From positions 8,928-72,927 of IMG/VR virus record IMGVR_UViG_3300017971_000276: DNA of 64,000 nucleotides; one strand, given 5' to 3'. The notes under the pieces were generated by a model. That model saw nothing but the letters and a program-made list of their open reading frames with translations. It searched no databases and had not been told where the DNA came from. Shown here in pieces: positions 1 to 8,668 of the stretch; the first letter of the stretch is position 1, and each line of letters opens with the position of its first letter. The position numbers and the translations under genes were made by a program. Source of the DNA: a virus.

Positions 1-1082
1 CTTGGTGGAAACAAGTTGAAGGAGAAAAGAGTTCTTTTACAGAAGAAGAATGGACACATGAGTATTTAGCAGAATGGGGAACTTCTGAGTCTGGTGTTTA
101 TAAGCCAGCATATATAGATCGAGCTTTAGCTGATTACACATATGAAGGGATTAATAGAAATCCTTCGTGGAAATATACAATTGGGACTGACTGGAACGAA
201 AAACATGGTACTGAGATTGTGGTTCTAGGCTTTAATCCTTTCACAAATAGATTCCAAGTTGTAGATGCTCTTCATGTAGAAAGCTCTGAGTTTACGCAGC
301 TGACTGGTGTGTCTAAACTGCTTGAGATGAATCGCAAGTGGAGACCACATTTTATATATATTGATGCTGGGAATGGCAGTACTAACTATGAGCTTTTAAG
401 GAAAACTGCATATGAAAATATGCGTAGGGATGGAGACAGAGACACTGCTAACTTATTGAATATGCTGAAGAAATATGACGCAGGAGCTTCTATTGAGATT
501 CGGGATCCTGTTACTTCTCAAAAGAAGAAAAGCCCTGCTAAACCATTTATGGTAAATGCTTCTGTTCGTTTATTTGAGCAAAATAAAATTAGGCTATCGG
601 CTCATGATCATATTCTTGAAAAACAACTAAGAAGTTACATTATTGAAAGGATTACGCCCACAAAGACTCCTGTCTATGGGCTTGAAGATCCTAAAGCAAA
701 AGATCATAAATTAGATGCTTTAAATTTAGCAATAGTTGCATTTCAGTTAGAATTTGATAGTCTACATACTAGGAATGTTAATACTCAAGTTGCATCAGTG
801 CCAGACCCAAGGACTTTAAAGAATCAACAATCTCAAGATGAGAAAGAAAGATTTGCGACTCCACAAGAAAGAAGACTAGATGGTGGCTTTGAAAAAACAC
901 TTGTTGAAGAACAGCTATTTGCATCGACACCTGCTAGAATAGATAATGGTCTTGATGGAATTCGTACTAATAGACCGGGATGGTCTACAGATGAAGAGGA
1001 TTTACATATCCAAAGGTTTTTACAACGTAGGCGTGGTCGACAATCTATTAGAAGAAATCGGCCAACAAGATCAAATTTCTAG
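1..1082 (+). CDS. terL: Terminase large subunit, C-terminal nuclease domain (5'-truncated by window)
   Basis: Frame is open from position 3 (WWKQVEGEKSSFTEEEWTHEYLAEW...IGTDWN...) into the 219..1082 ORF. RNase H-like acidic motifs IGTDW, YIDAG and DHKLDALNLA are present, and the gene lies upstream of the portal. Confidence 0.85.
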   Translation, partial: WWKQVEGEKSSFTEEEWTHEYLAEWGTSESGVYKPAYIDRALADYTYEGINRNPSWKYTIGTDWNEKHGTEIVVLGFNPFTNRFQVVDALHVESSEFTQLTGVSKLLEMNRKWRPHFIYIDAGNGSTNYELLRKTAYENMRRDGDRDTANLLNMLKKYDAGASIEIRDPVTSQKKKSPAKPFMVNASVRLFEQNKIRLSAHDHILEKQLRSYIIERITPTKTPVYGLEDPKAKDHKLDALNLAIVAFQLEFDSLHTRNVNTQVASVPDPRTLKNQQSQDEKERFATPQERRLDGGFEKTLVEEQLFASTPARIDNGLDGIRTNRPGWSTDEEDLHIQRFLQRRRGRQSIRRNRPTRSNF

Positions 1083-1090
1083 GAGGCACA

Positions 1091-1555
1091 ATGAGCCTTG
1101 AAGTGTATTTCAGAGATTCAAATGGTTTAATGTCTTTAGCTACTGTTGGCACAGACTTAGCCAATCCAGTTACTACTACTCATGATGGGAAAGATGGAGA
1201 TGAAATTGCAATTGTTCTTTATCTTAGGAATAATGATTCCTCTAGATGGTATTCGAATATTAAAATTACTCCTGTAGATCTTATAGATGCAAACCCTTAT
1301 GGTGATGTTATATATAATGAAACTGGCTGGGGAGTAAAACTAAATAAAGGTGGATCAGAACCTACAGAAGCTGAATGGGATGATATTGATTGGGGATACC
1401 ATATTGATATGGACAACATTGGGTCTGATGGAATAGGAGATACAAGTACTTATTATCCATTTTGGTACCTTGTTTCTTGTCCGCCAAATACGAATGCACA
1501 AAACAAAACTGACATTGTTCTTAGAGTAGAGTCAACAGAGAACACGGTGATTTAA
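1091..1555 (+). CDS. Hypothetical protein, probably virion-associated beta-sandwich
   Basis: 154 aa ORF with AGGAGG SD; beta-rich composition; located in the structural module. Confidence 0.6.
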   Translation: MSLEVYFRDSNGLMSLATVGTDLANPVTTTHDGKDGDEIAIVLYLRNNDSSRWYSNIKITPVDLIDANPYGDVIYNETGWGVKLNKGGSEPTEAEWDDIDWGYHIDMDNIGSDGIGDTSTYYPFWYLVSCPPNTNAQNKTDIVLRVESTENTVI

Positions 1556-1965
1556 TGTCCGATCTTAAAAAACTCCTAAATCCTAATGATGCGGAAGCTT
1601 TAACAGAGCAAGCAGGAGTATCTTGGGTCCCTAAAGAACCAAGAGAGATTTTATTGCCTTATATGTCAGATGTTCCAAATCAAGAAGAGAAATCTGATCT
1701 AGATGCAAGAAGAGAGAAAGCAAAACAAGTAGTCGATGGATACACAGGAGTTATTGAAGACTGTAAGAGACTAGAGGCCGAAATTGAAGATCGCTGCAAA
1801 GATGCCACAGTTCCTCTTAATAGAGCACAACATCTTTCTGTGATAAAAGCATTGGGTCGTATCTTTGGTCTCGGCGAGCAAGAAGAAATTACATTTGAAA
1901 TGTATAAAATATGTATTCGTGAATTAGCAAAACTTTCTAATGATACAGGAGCTCCATCCCAATGA
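1555..1965 (+). CDS. Hypothetical protein
   Basis: 136 aa ORF, TAATG overlap with the upstream gene. Confidence 0.65.
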   Translation: MSDLKKLLNPNDAEALTEQAGVSWVPKEPREILLPYMSDVPNQEEKSDLDARREKAKQVVDGYTGVIEDCKRLEAEIEDRCKDATVPLNRAQHLSVIKALGRIFGLGEQEEITFEMYKICIRELAKLSNDTGAPSQ

Positions 1966-2354
1966 TGGCATTTGAACCAATTAATGAAGAAATTTATGAC
2001 GAAGCAGCAACATATATTACATATGCTAAAATTTTTCCATATATTTTAGATCATTTTGTTAGTCGTAAAGATGCAAAGCAAATGATGCTTCCTAGTAATT
2101 TGCCCGTCCAGACTTCTATTCAAGTAATACCAGGACAAGCTGTTGCTACCGCTGGAGGCCCTACTGCCCAATCTGGTACTACAGTCTCCCCTGGCTCTGG
2201 AAGCGGACAGGGAACCGTACAGGCTAGTTATAACGGCTCTTATGCGAATGCCGAAAGTCAGGTGCTTAAACAACAAGTCAAAGCGAAGAAAGAAGCTGGA
2301 GGAGTTGCTGTTGAAGGATTAACAGAGGCTGTCTCTACTGCTACAGGTGAATAA
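1962..2354 (+). CDS. Hypothetical protein with a Gly/Thr-rich segment (VIPGQAVATAGGPTAQSGTTVSPGSG)
   Basis: 130 aa ORF, ATGA overlap, GGAG SD. Confidence 0.6.
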   Translation: MMAFEPINEEIYDEAATYITYAKIFPYILDHFVSRKDAKQMMLPSNLPVQTSIQVIPGQAVATAGGPTAQSGTTVSPGSGSGQGTVQASYNGSYANAESQVLKQQVKAKKEAGGVAVEGLTEAVSTATGE

Positions 2355-4315
2355 TGGGTTTTACAGACGACGAAAAAATTATTCGAACTAATGAGAAGAA
2401 GGTTATTAAATCGTCAGATGGCAAAACAATTAGCCTGTCTGTAAATCCAAATAATCCTTTTGCACAACATGACTATGCTCTTGTTGTTAACACCTTTGAA
2501 TTAGAAGCAGCGAATTGGGCTGAAGAAGACTATGCTTTAGCCTATCATTATAAAGATGTATATTCTACTAGAAACTTTTCTGAGCGTGTCAGAGAACAAA
2601 TGAACTATTATCCTGGCATGCATCAAGCATCTGCTGTTCCTGCTGAAGATCCTGCATATACAAAAGCTAAAGAGATGTCTTCTGAAAGAATGTCTTTTTG
2701 GAATAATTCAATGGACCATCCAGATGCTTTTATGAATGGGCTGCGTTCTAGACAACAAGATTTTGATTATAGGGAAATTTTTGGTTCAGATACGAGTGCT
2801 AAAACAAAAGCAGAACAAGTTGGCAAAGTACTTACAGAATGTATTCCTTGTTTTGATAGGCTTCTTGATTTAGATGGTTTGCTTCCGGATGGAGATTTAT
2901 TAGAAGTTCATTTATTGAATCTTAATTTGCGAACAGACTTGCTTGGCCAGATTCGCGATTTGTTTAAGAGCCCAGGAATGTATTTAGATGTTTGTGAGCT
3001 AATTAATCTTTTGGCCCGTCTATGCCCACAAGACCTGTTGGCTATCCTTTCCTTATTGACACAATATCTTGCAAAACTTAATCTGGATATTAAATTCAAT
3101 ATCGATTTTATTGTTAATCTTGTTGGTACAATTCTAAGTCCGTTTCTAGATGCTTTGTCTCAATGGCTAGATAAATTCATCCAAATGTTATTGGCACCTA
3201 CACTTTGTGTTGTTGATCATATTAATGAAATTATTCTTACTGCACAAACAATGAAGATTCCATTGTCTCAAGCAACGGCAAGTCTTGATGCAGATATAGG
3301 GAATGCTGCTGGCGATCAAAATATGGCAGCGAATTTTACTGCAGGAGCAAATCCCGACGACCAATGGATTTCTGGAGAGCTAGAAAGATTCAATACTCCT
3401 GATGAACAAAAATATAATCCATCAAGACCTGAGTGGCCAGAGGAAGAGACGGAGCTTGCTGCCGAGGAGATGAAGGAATCGATAAATCCTAGTCTGTCTG
3501 AAGCAGAGAGAGAAGAAAGAAATAAGAGATGGGCAGAGCTTAGAGCCAAAGAGGCAAAGAAACGTAAAAAAGTTCCTCCTCCTTTAAGAGCTGGCAATCA
3601 AAGAGATGGTACAAGATGGAGTAAAGATGATATACCTCAATCAGAGAAGTGGAGCAAAGAATTCTCTGTTGGTAATGAGAACAATCCTCCTGAGAAACAA
3701 AACAAACCTCTTGAGGCTCGTGAATATTTTGATCCAGAACCACTTGTTAATTCTGTTGTTCAATTGAGAAATATTATGCAAGGAGCAATTAGATATGTTC
3801 AAGATTGGTTCGATTATGCTATACAAATGATCTATGATCTTTTAGGCACAGATGCAGGTTGGATGATTAAGAAAACAGATACTTCTATTGTTAAGTCTAG
3901 AATCATTCAATTGATCTCTATTATCAAAGCTATTATTGAAGCTGTTTCTCGCAATGGTTTGAAATGTGGAGTTAATAGTAACTTTGATGATGGACAACTT
4001 AAATTCATTCTTGAAGATGGACTAAATAAATTCAGTGCTACGCAATTTAAAGTGCTTGATGATGGTACTATTAATATTATTCCTCCAGGTTCAAAAGCTC
4101 CTCCTTCAGCAGAGCAAGTTGCTTCTGCAGTAGAGGATTTATCAGAGGCAGACAGGAATCAAACTGATACTCCAAAAGCCAAAGAAGTTAAGCAAAAATC
4201 TGTAGAATCAGGTATTATAGTCAAGAATTGTCTGCGTGATGTCACTGCAGAAGAATTAACTCAAGCCAGAGAATGGATTGCCGATTACGAGAGGAGAACT
4301 GGCGGTAATGGCTAA
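2354..4315 (+). CDS. Hypothetical protein with a Leu-rich helical region and a CIPC motif
   Basis: 653 aa ORF, TAATG-coupled, directly upstream of the portal. Confidence 0.7.
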   Translation: MGFTDDEKIIRTNEKKVIKSSDGKTISLSVNPNNPFAQHDYALVVNTFELEAANWAEEDYALAYHYKDVYSTRNFSERVREQMNYYPGMHQASAVPAEDPAYTKAKEMSSERMSFWNNSMDHPDAFMNGLRSRQQDFDYREIFGSDTSAKTKAEQVGKVLTECIPCFDRLLDLDGLLPDGDLLEVHLLNLNLRTDLLGQIRDLFKSPGMYLDVCELINLLARLCPQDLLAILSLLTQYLAKLNLDIKFNIDFIVNLVGTILSPFLDALSQWLDKFIQMLLAPTLCVVDHINEIILTAQTMKIPLSQATASLDADIGNAAGDQNMAANFTAGANPDDQWISGELERFNTPDEQKYNPSRPEWPEEETELAAEEMKESINPSLSEAEREERNKRWAELRAKEAKKRKKVPPPLRAGNQRDGTRWSKDDIPQSEKWSKEFSVGNENNPPEKQNKPLEAREYFDPEPLVNSVVQLRNIMQGAIRYVQDWFDYAIQMIYDLLGTDAGWMIKKTDTSIVKSRIIQLISIIKAIIEAVSRNGLKCGVNSNFDDGQLKFILEDGLNKFSATQFKVLDDGTINIIPPGSKAPPSAEQVASAVEDLSEADRNQTDTPKAKEVKQKSVESGIIVKNCLRDVTAEELTQAREWIADYERRTGGNG

Positions 4316-6491
4316 TACTGAAAAACACCAGGACCAGATAGCTCCAGCTCCAGAAAAGAATACAGGGTTTCGTACGCCTGAGAAGAAAAGTATTATTCCA
4401 AAACATCTTCCTTCTCCAACAAAAGTATATACCTCTAATATTGGAAGAGGTCGCGCTCCTACACTTAGATGGGAGTTCCCTGAATGGGATCTTGTTGAAA
4501 CTGGAAGAATCCTTGACACAGAATCATATGTGAGACGAGCGTTTCGTGTAAAGAAAAATCTGTTTCTTAAAGAAGGATATGAGTTTACTGGTTCTAATAT
4601 TGCTAGAGTTCGATATATCAAGAGACGCTTACAACAGATGGAGCAAGCAACAGGGGGGCCTTTCCCTGTTCTTCTATCTGAAACAATTGCATCTTTAATT
4701 AGAACATCAAATGCATTTTGGGTAAAAGTTCGCAAACAAGTTTCTTCTGGAGGAGGACCAAGAGTCACCCCAGAAGGCAAGAGGCTAGAGCCTGTAGCTG
4801 GTTATTTCTTACTTCCTGCTGAAACAGTTCGTATTAAACGAGATGAATTTGGCAAAATCGTTAAATACCAACAAGATATTCATGGCAAAGTTGAAAAAGA
4901 ATTTCGTCCTGAAGATGTTGTGCATTTTTATTTTGATAAAAGGCCAGGATATTCTGTGGGGACTCCCTCTTTAGTCCCAGTCAAAGATGATATTCGTGCT
5001 TTGCGTCGAATCGAAGAAAATGTTGAGTTGTTAATTTATCAACATCTTTTTCCTCTGTTCCATTATCGAGTTGGAACACAAGATGCTCCAGCAGCAGTAT
5101 TTCCTGATGGCTCTACTGAAATTGATGTTGTAAAGATAGAAGCAGCGAGAATGCCTTCAGATGGTTGTTGGGTTACACCTGAAAGACATGAGATTACTCC
5201 TCTACAAGCCTCTAGTTCTCCTTTGGCAGTAGATAAAGTAATTGATCATTTTAAGCAAAGAATTTTTACTGGACTTGGTGTCTCTTCTGTAGATATGGGC
5301 GAAGGGGGTACTGCTAATCGCAGCACTGCTCAAACTATGTCTCGAAATCTTATTGACGATACTAAAGCCGATCAAAAAGAGTTTGGAGCTTTATTCTATT
5401 CTTATATTATTCAAGAGCTTCTTTTAGAATCTACTTTCCCCTCTTCTACCCTTCTAGACGAGGAGAATAGAGTCTATCTTAAATTCAAAGAAATTGATTT
5501 AGAATCTCGTCAAGCTAAAGAGAATCATTATGTGGATATGTTTCTTAAGAATGCTATTACACATGATGAGATGCGACAAAGTATTGGTCTTGAGCCGTTC
5601 CAAGGGCAAGGCTGGCCGACAGGCACAAAGAAAACTCAAATGTTTACCAAGGGCGATGGAGACTGGGGCAATACTAATTATGGTCTTGTTGAAAGAGATA
5701 AGATTATTCTTCAATCCTTAGATGAACCTGGAACAGATGCTTCTCAAGCAGAATCTCAATCAAGAACCAAGCAAGCTAATGCTCAAACAGCTGGTGGCAA
5801 TGCAGTTGCTAATAAGAATGCTCCTGCCAATCAACATGGAGCTAGGTCTTCTGCTAAAATAAATAAAGATTCTTTAGATTTTATTTACAAACAGAGTCCT
5901 CCAGTAGAAAACATCTATACTGCTCTTAAAGAAGATATTGTTGATCAAGTACGAAGAACTGGTCTGGTTGTCTCTAAATTAGAACTAGCAATTAATATGT
6001 CATTCTCAGAGGCTCGTGATAGATTAGTTCGCCAAGCCAGTCAAGCATATAGAACTGGCCTCCGTGAAACAGGAAGAATGATTTGGGAAGTGCGTGTTGA
6101 CAAAATTGATGCTAAGATTCAAGATCATGTTGAAAGATATGTAAATAGACTCCGTGATAATTTATTTGATGCAATTAAAGCACATACTTTCAAAAGAAAA
6201 GCTCTTAAAATTGAGGATGCTATTTTTGTGGAAATAATTTTTAATGCACTTGAGCACAGGACTAGGATGATTGATAAGAGTGAAGTTATGCGTGCATACA
6301 ATTATGGTTTAGCTAGTGGGCATCGTTTGAATGGGTTTAATAAAATGCATTCTGTAAGAAACGGAAGCGATCCATGTGACACTTGTGACAACCACTCTTT
6401 GAAATACGAATCTACGGATGCTATAATTTACGAAGACTTACCTCCATTGCATCCTAATTGCACATGTACTATGCAAAAGGTAGGCCAATAA
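4308..6491 (+). CDS. Portal protein with C-terminal MuF-like (head morphogenesis) domain
   Basis: Likely start is ATG 4308 (GAGGAG upstream). Portal-like motifs: SNAFW, LPAETVRI, F.PEDVVHF, GTPSL.P, IFTGLGVS..MG...ANRSTA, ITHDEMR..IGLEP. C-terminus has CDTC...PPLHPNCTC. Confidence 0.85.
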   Translation: MANTEKHQDQIAPAPEKNTGFRTPEKKSIIPKHLPSPTKVYTSNIGRGRAPTLRWEFPEWDLVETGRILDTESYVRRAFRVKKNLFLKEGYEFTGSNIARVRYIKRRLQQMEQATGGPFPVLLSETIASLIRTSNAFWVKVRKQVSSGGGPRVTPEGKRLEPVAGYFLLPAETVRIKRDEFGKIVKYQQDIHGKVEKEFRPEDVVHFYFDKRPGYSVGTPSLVPVKDDIRALRRIEENVELLIYQHLFPLFHYRVGTQDAPAAVFPDGSTEIDVVKIEAARMPSDGCWVTPERHEITPLQASSSPLAVDKVIDHFKQRIFTGLGVSSVDMGEGGTANRSTAQTMSRNLIDDTKADQKEFGALFYSYIIQELLLESTFPSSTLLDEENRVYLKFKEIDLESRQAKENHYVDMFLKNAITHDEMRQSIGLEPFQGQGWPTGTKKTQMFTKGDGDWGNTNYGLVERDKIILQSLDEPGTDASQAESQSRTKQANAQTAGGNAVANKNAPANQHGARSSAKINKDSLDFIYKQSPPVENIYTALKEDIVDQVRRTGLVVSKLELAINMSFSEARDRLVRQASQAYRTGLRETGRMIWEVRVDKIDAKIQDHVERYVNRLRDNLFDAIKAHTFKRKALKIEDAIFVEIIFNALEHRTRMIDKSEVMRAYNYGLASGHRLNGFNKMHSVRNGSDPCDTCDNHSLKYESTDAIIYEDLPPLHPNCTCTMQKVGQ
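6399..6427 (+). promoter_or_regulatory. Sigma70/SigA-type promoter, TTGAAA-N17-TATAAT with extended -10 TG
   Basis: TTGAAA at 6399-6404, 17 nt spacer, TG at 6419-6420, TATAAT at 6422-6427; about 80 nt upstream of the protease start. Confidence 0.65.
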
Positions 6492-6504
6492 TAGGAGTAT
6501 AAGA

Positions 6505-8649
6505 ATGTCTGATATTGCTCTGTTTAGAGATTATTATAAGATTGTGAAGCCAAAAGAAGAAGAAGTTACAAAGTGGAAAGACTCATTAGTCGCTTCGCCA
6601 GTTAATAGTTACTCTTCTGCCAGTGCGGCAACAAAAGGTCTTGAGGTTACATTTGAGGCAACCCATGCAGCTTTGTTTAATGATAATTTAAGATTCTATT
6701 TGCCCTCTCGTATGATGGATGGAGTCAGTACTTTTATCAATCGTAAAAAGCCTGCTAAGATTCTTAAGCACCATGATTCTCAATCTGATCCTGTTGGTAT
6801 TATTGTAGGGGCCGAATATATTCCTACAATACCAGAGGGACTAGAGAATGATAAGAACATCCAAATTATGATGGATAGTTCTAATAGCATTACCAAGCAA
6901 GTTGCTGCTGCTAAAAGATTTTTAAGATCTGGAATTCCTTTCTCTGATGGATGGAGAGGACTTGGCTATATCCAATTAAAGGGCGTTCTTTTAGACGAAA
7001 AGGCTATTCAACAAGTCTCTGATGGTTTGTTTGATGCTGTTTCTACTTCTTTCCGCTCTCCTGGACATGCATATTGTTCTGAATGCCAACAAAACTGGGC
7101 AGCAGATGGTTTTTGTGAACATGAACCAGGAAAGAAATATGGGGACGACGATGATGACAAAGTAATTTGTGCTGTAGTTCCTGGAGTCCATAATTATGAT
7201 GAATGTAGTCTTGTTGTTTTTGATGGAGATCCTTTAACTCAAATCTCTATTGGACATCAAGATTCCGTAAAAGAATTTTCAGTCAATACAAAAGACTGGC
7301 AAAACAACTCTGTCGAGGATTCAAATAGCTTTGCGTTCTCATTCAGAGACTATAAGGAGGAAAATACCATGGCAGACAAAGCAACAGAGGTAATTCTTTC
7401 TGATGCTGAACAAGAGGTAATGGCTGCCGTTAAGAAGCTTCGTCCTGAGCTGGATGAGATGCAAGCTACAGACATTGTTAAAAAGCTAGTAGCAATGAAG
7501 ACTGAGGATGGTTTGTACCCTCATCAAGAGGAAGCTAATCTTAACGCAGAAACTGCTTTTGTTTATGCTCTAGAAGAGATTGAAACTGCTGATGAAAAAA
7601 TTGATGCAGATGCTATCTGTGACGAGATGCAAGCAGAATTAAAAGCAATGCTTGAGGAAGAGCTTCTTCCACAAGAAGAGTATGAGGCTGCTGATGCAAA
7701 ACTAAGCACAGCTCAACGGAAGAAATTATCTGAGTCTACTTTCTGTGGTCCTGATCGTTCATTCCCAGTTCCTGATTGTGCTCATGTTACTGCTGCACGT
7801 CGTCTTATTGGTCGCTATAAAGGACCAGGTAGTAAAGCTAAAATTCTTTCTTGTGTAAATCGTAAAGCAAAAGCTCTTGGTTGCGATAGCAAGAAAGATT
7901 GTAAATTGCCAGAGGTTAATGAACAGAATGACAAGTTTGAAATTCCTTCATGTGATATGATTGATACTCTCGAAGATAAAGAGGCGAAAGAATTATTTAA
8001 CATGATGGAAGCAGAAATGATCAGCCGCAACTTGAAACTTGAAAGACCTTGTGCTAAGTGTGCATCTCATGAAGATGAAGCAAATAGGTCTAACAAAAAA
8101 CTAGAGGATGCAGAAGTGAAAATTTCTGGACTAGAGAATACACTGGTTGTTCTGCGTGATGAACTAAGAAATCAAATCAATGATTATATGTCTTTGGTAG
8201 ATCAAAATGTAGAACAAGGTGTTCGGCTAGTAGCAGCGCAGAAGGATCATTTGGCTCTTGCTGGTACTGTGTCTGGTCAGTTTGAAAGTCTTGAAAAAGC
8301 TATGGATTCTTTAAAAGAATCTGACATTAAAGAACAACAAACACTTATTCTTAAAGACTTTAATCTTGAGAATATTATGAACAAAATTAACGATGGTATG
8401 GCCAATGAGCCAACAGAAGGCGTAGAAGATCCAACAGTGAATAAGGATATTGACAATAACCAACTTCCTGATGGTCTTTCTCGTACTGCTATAGAGGCAA
8501 TTGAAAACATGCGTGATTTCATAAAGAAAGGCGACCATGTGCAAGCAAAAAGACTTTATGGTAGTATGGTAACGTTGAAAGTAATCGACGAAAAGCTCGT
8601 ACCATTTGAAAATCTTTCAGCAAAAAACAACGCAGTTGACGCTGAATAG
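6505..8649 (+). CDS. Prohead protease fused to scaffold
   Basis: Lies between portal and capsid genes. N-terminal domain has ATHAA, KHHD..DPVG, AVSTSF, CSEC..FCEH and ECSLV, like herpes/HK97-type prohead proteases. C-terminal half is acidic and coiled-coil. Confidence 0.75.
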   Translation: MSDIALFRDYYKIVKPKEEEVTKWKDSLVASPVNSYSSASAATKGLEVTFEATHAALFNDNLRFYLPSRMMDGVSTFINRKKPAKILKHHDSQSDPVGIIVGAEYIPTIPEGLENDKNIQIMMDSSNSITKQVAAAKRFLRSGIPFSDGWRGLGYIQLKGVLLDEKAIQQVSDGLFDAVSTSFRSPGHAYCSECQQNWAADGFCEHEPGKKYGDDDDDKVICAVVPGVHNYDECSLVVFDGDPLTQISIGHQDSVKEFSVNTKDWQNNSVEDSNSFAFSFRDYKEENTMADKATEVILSDAEQEVMAAVKKLRPELDEMQATDIVKKLVAMKTEDGLYPHQEEANLNAETAFVYALEEIETADEKIDADAICDEMQAELKAMLEEELLPQEEYEAADAKLSTAQRKKLSESTFCGPDRSFPVPDCAHVTAARRLIGRYKGPGSKAKILSCVNRKAKALGCDSKKDCKLPEVNEQNDKFEIPSCDMIDTLEDKEAKELFNMMEAEMISRNLKLERPCAKCASHEDEANRSNKKLEDAEVKISGLENTLVVLRDELRNQINDYMSLVDQNVEQGVRLVAAQKDHLALAGTVSGQFESLEKAMDSLKESDIKEQQTLILKDFNLENIMNKINDGMANEPTEGVEDPTVNKDIDNNQLPDGLSRTAIEAIENMRDFIKKGDHVQAKRLYGSMVTLKVIDEKLVPFENLSAKNNAVDAE
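7369..8649 (+). CDS. Nested in-frame scaffold protein (internal start MADKATEV...)
   Basis: AAGGAGG at 7354-7360, 8 nt before an in-frame ATG at 7369, right after the protease domain. Confidence 0.6.
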   Translation: MADKATEVILSDAEQEVMAAVKKLRPELDEMQATDIVKKLVAMKTEDGLYPHQEEANLNAETAFVYALEEIETADEKIDADAICDEMQAELKAMLEEELLPQEEYEAADAKLSTAQRKKLSESTFCGPDRSFPVPDCAHVTAARRLIGRYKGPGSKAKILSCVNRKAKALGCDSKKDCKLPEVNEQNDKFEIPSCDMIDTLEDKEAKELFNMMEAEMISRNLKLERPCAKCASHEDEANRSNKKLEDAEVKISGLENTLVVLRDELRNQINDYMSLVDQNVEQGVRLVAAQKDHLALAGTVSGQFESLEKAMDSLKESDIKEQQTLILKDFNLENIMNKINDGMANEPTEGVEDPTVNKDIDNNQLPDGLSRTAIEAIENMRDFIKKGDHVQAKRLYGSMVTLKVIDEKLVPFENLSAKNNAVDAE

Positions 8650-8668
8650 ATAAGGGAGGTAACAAAAG

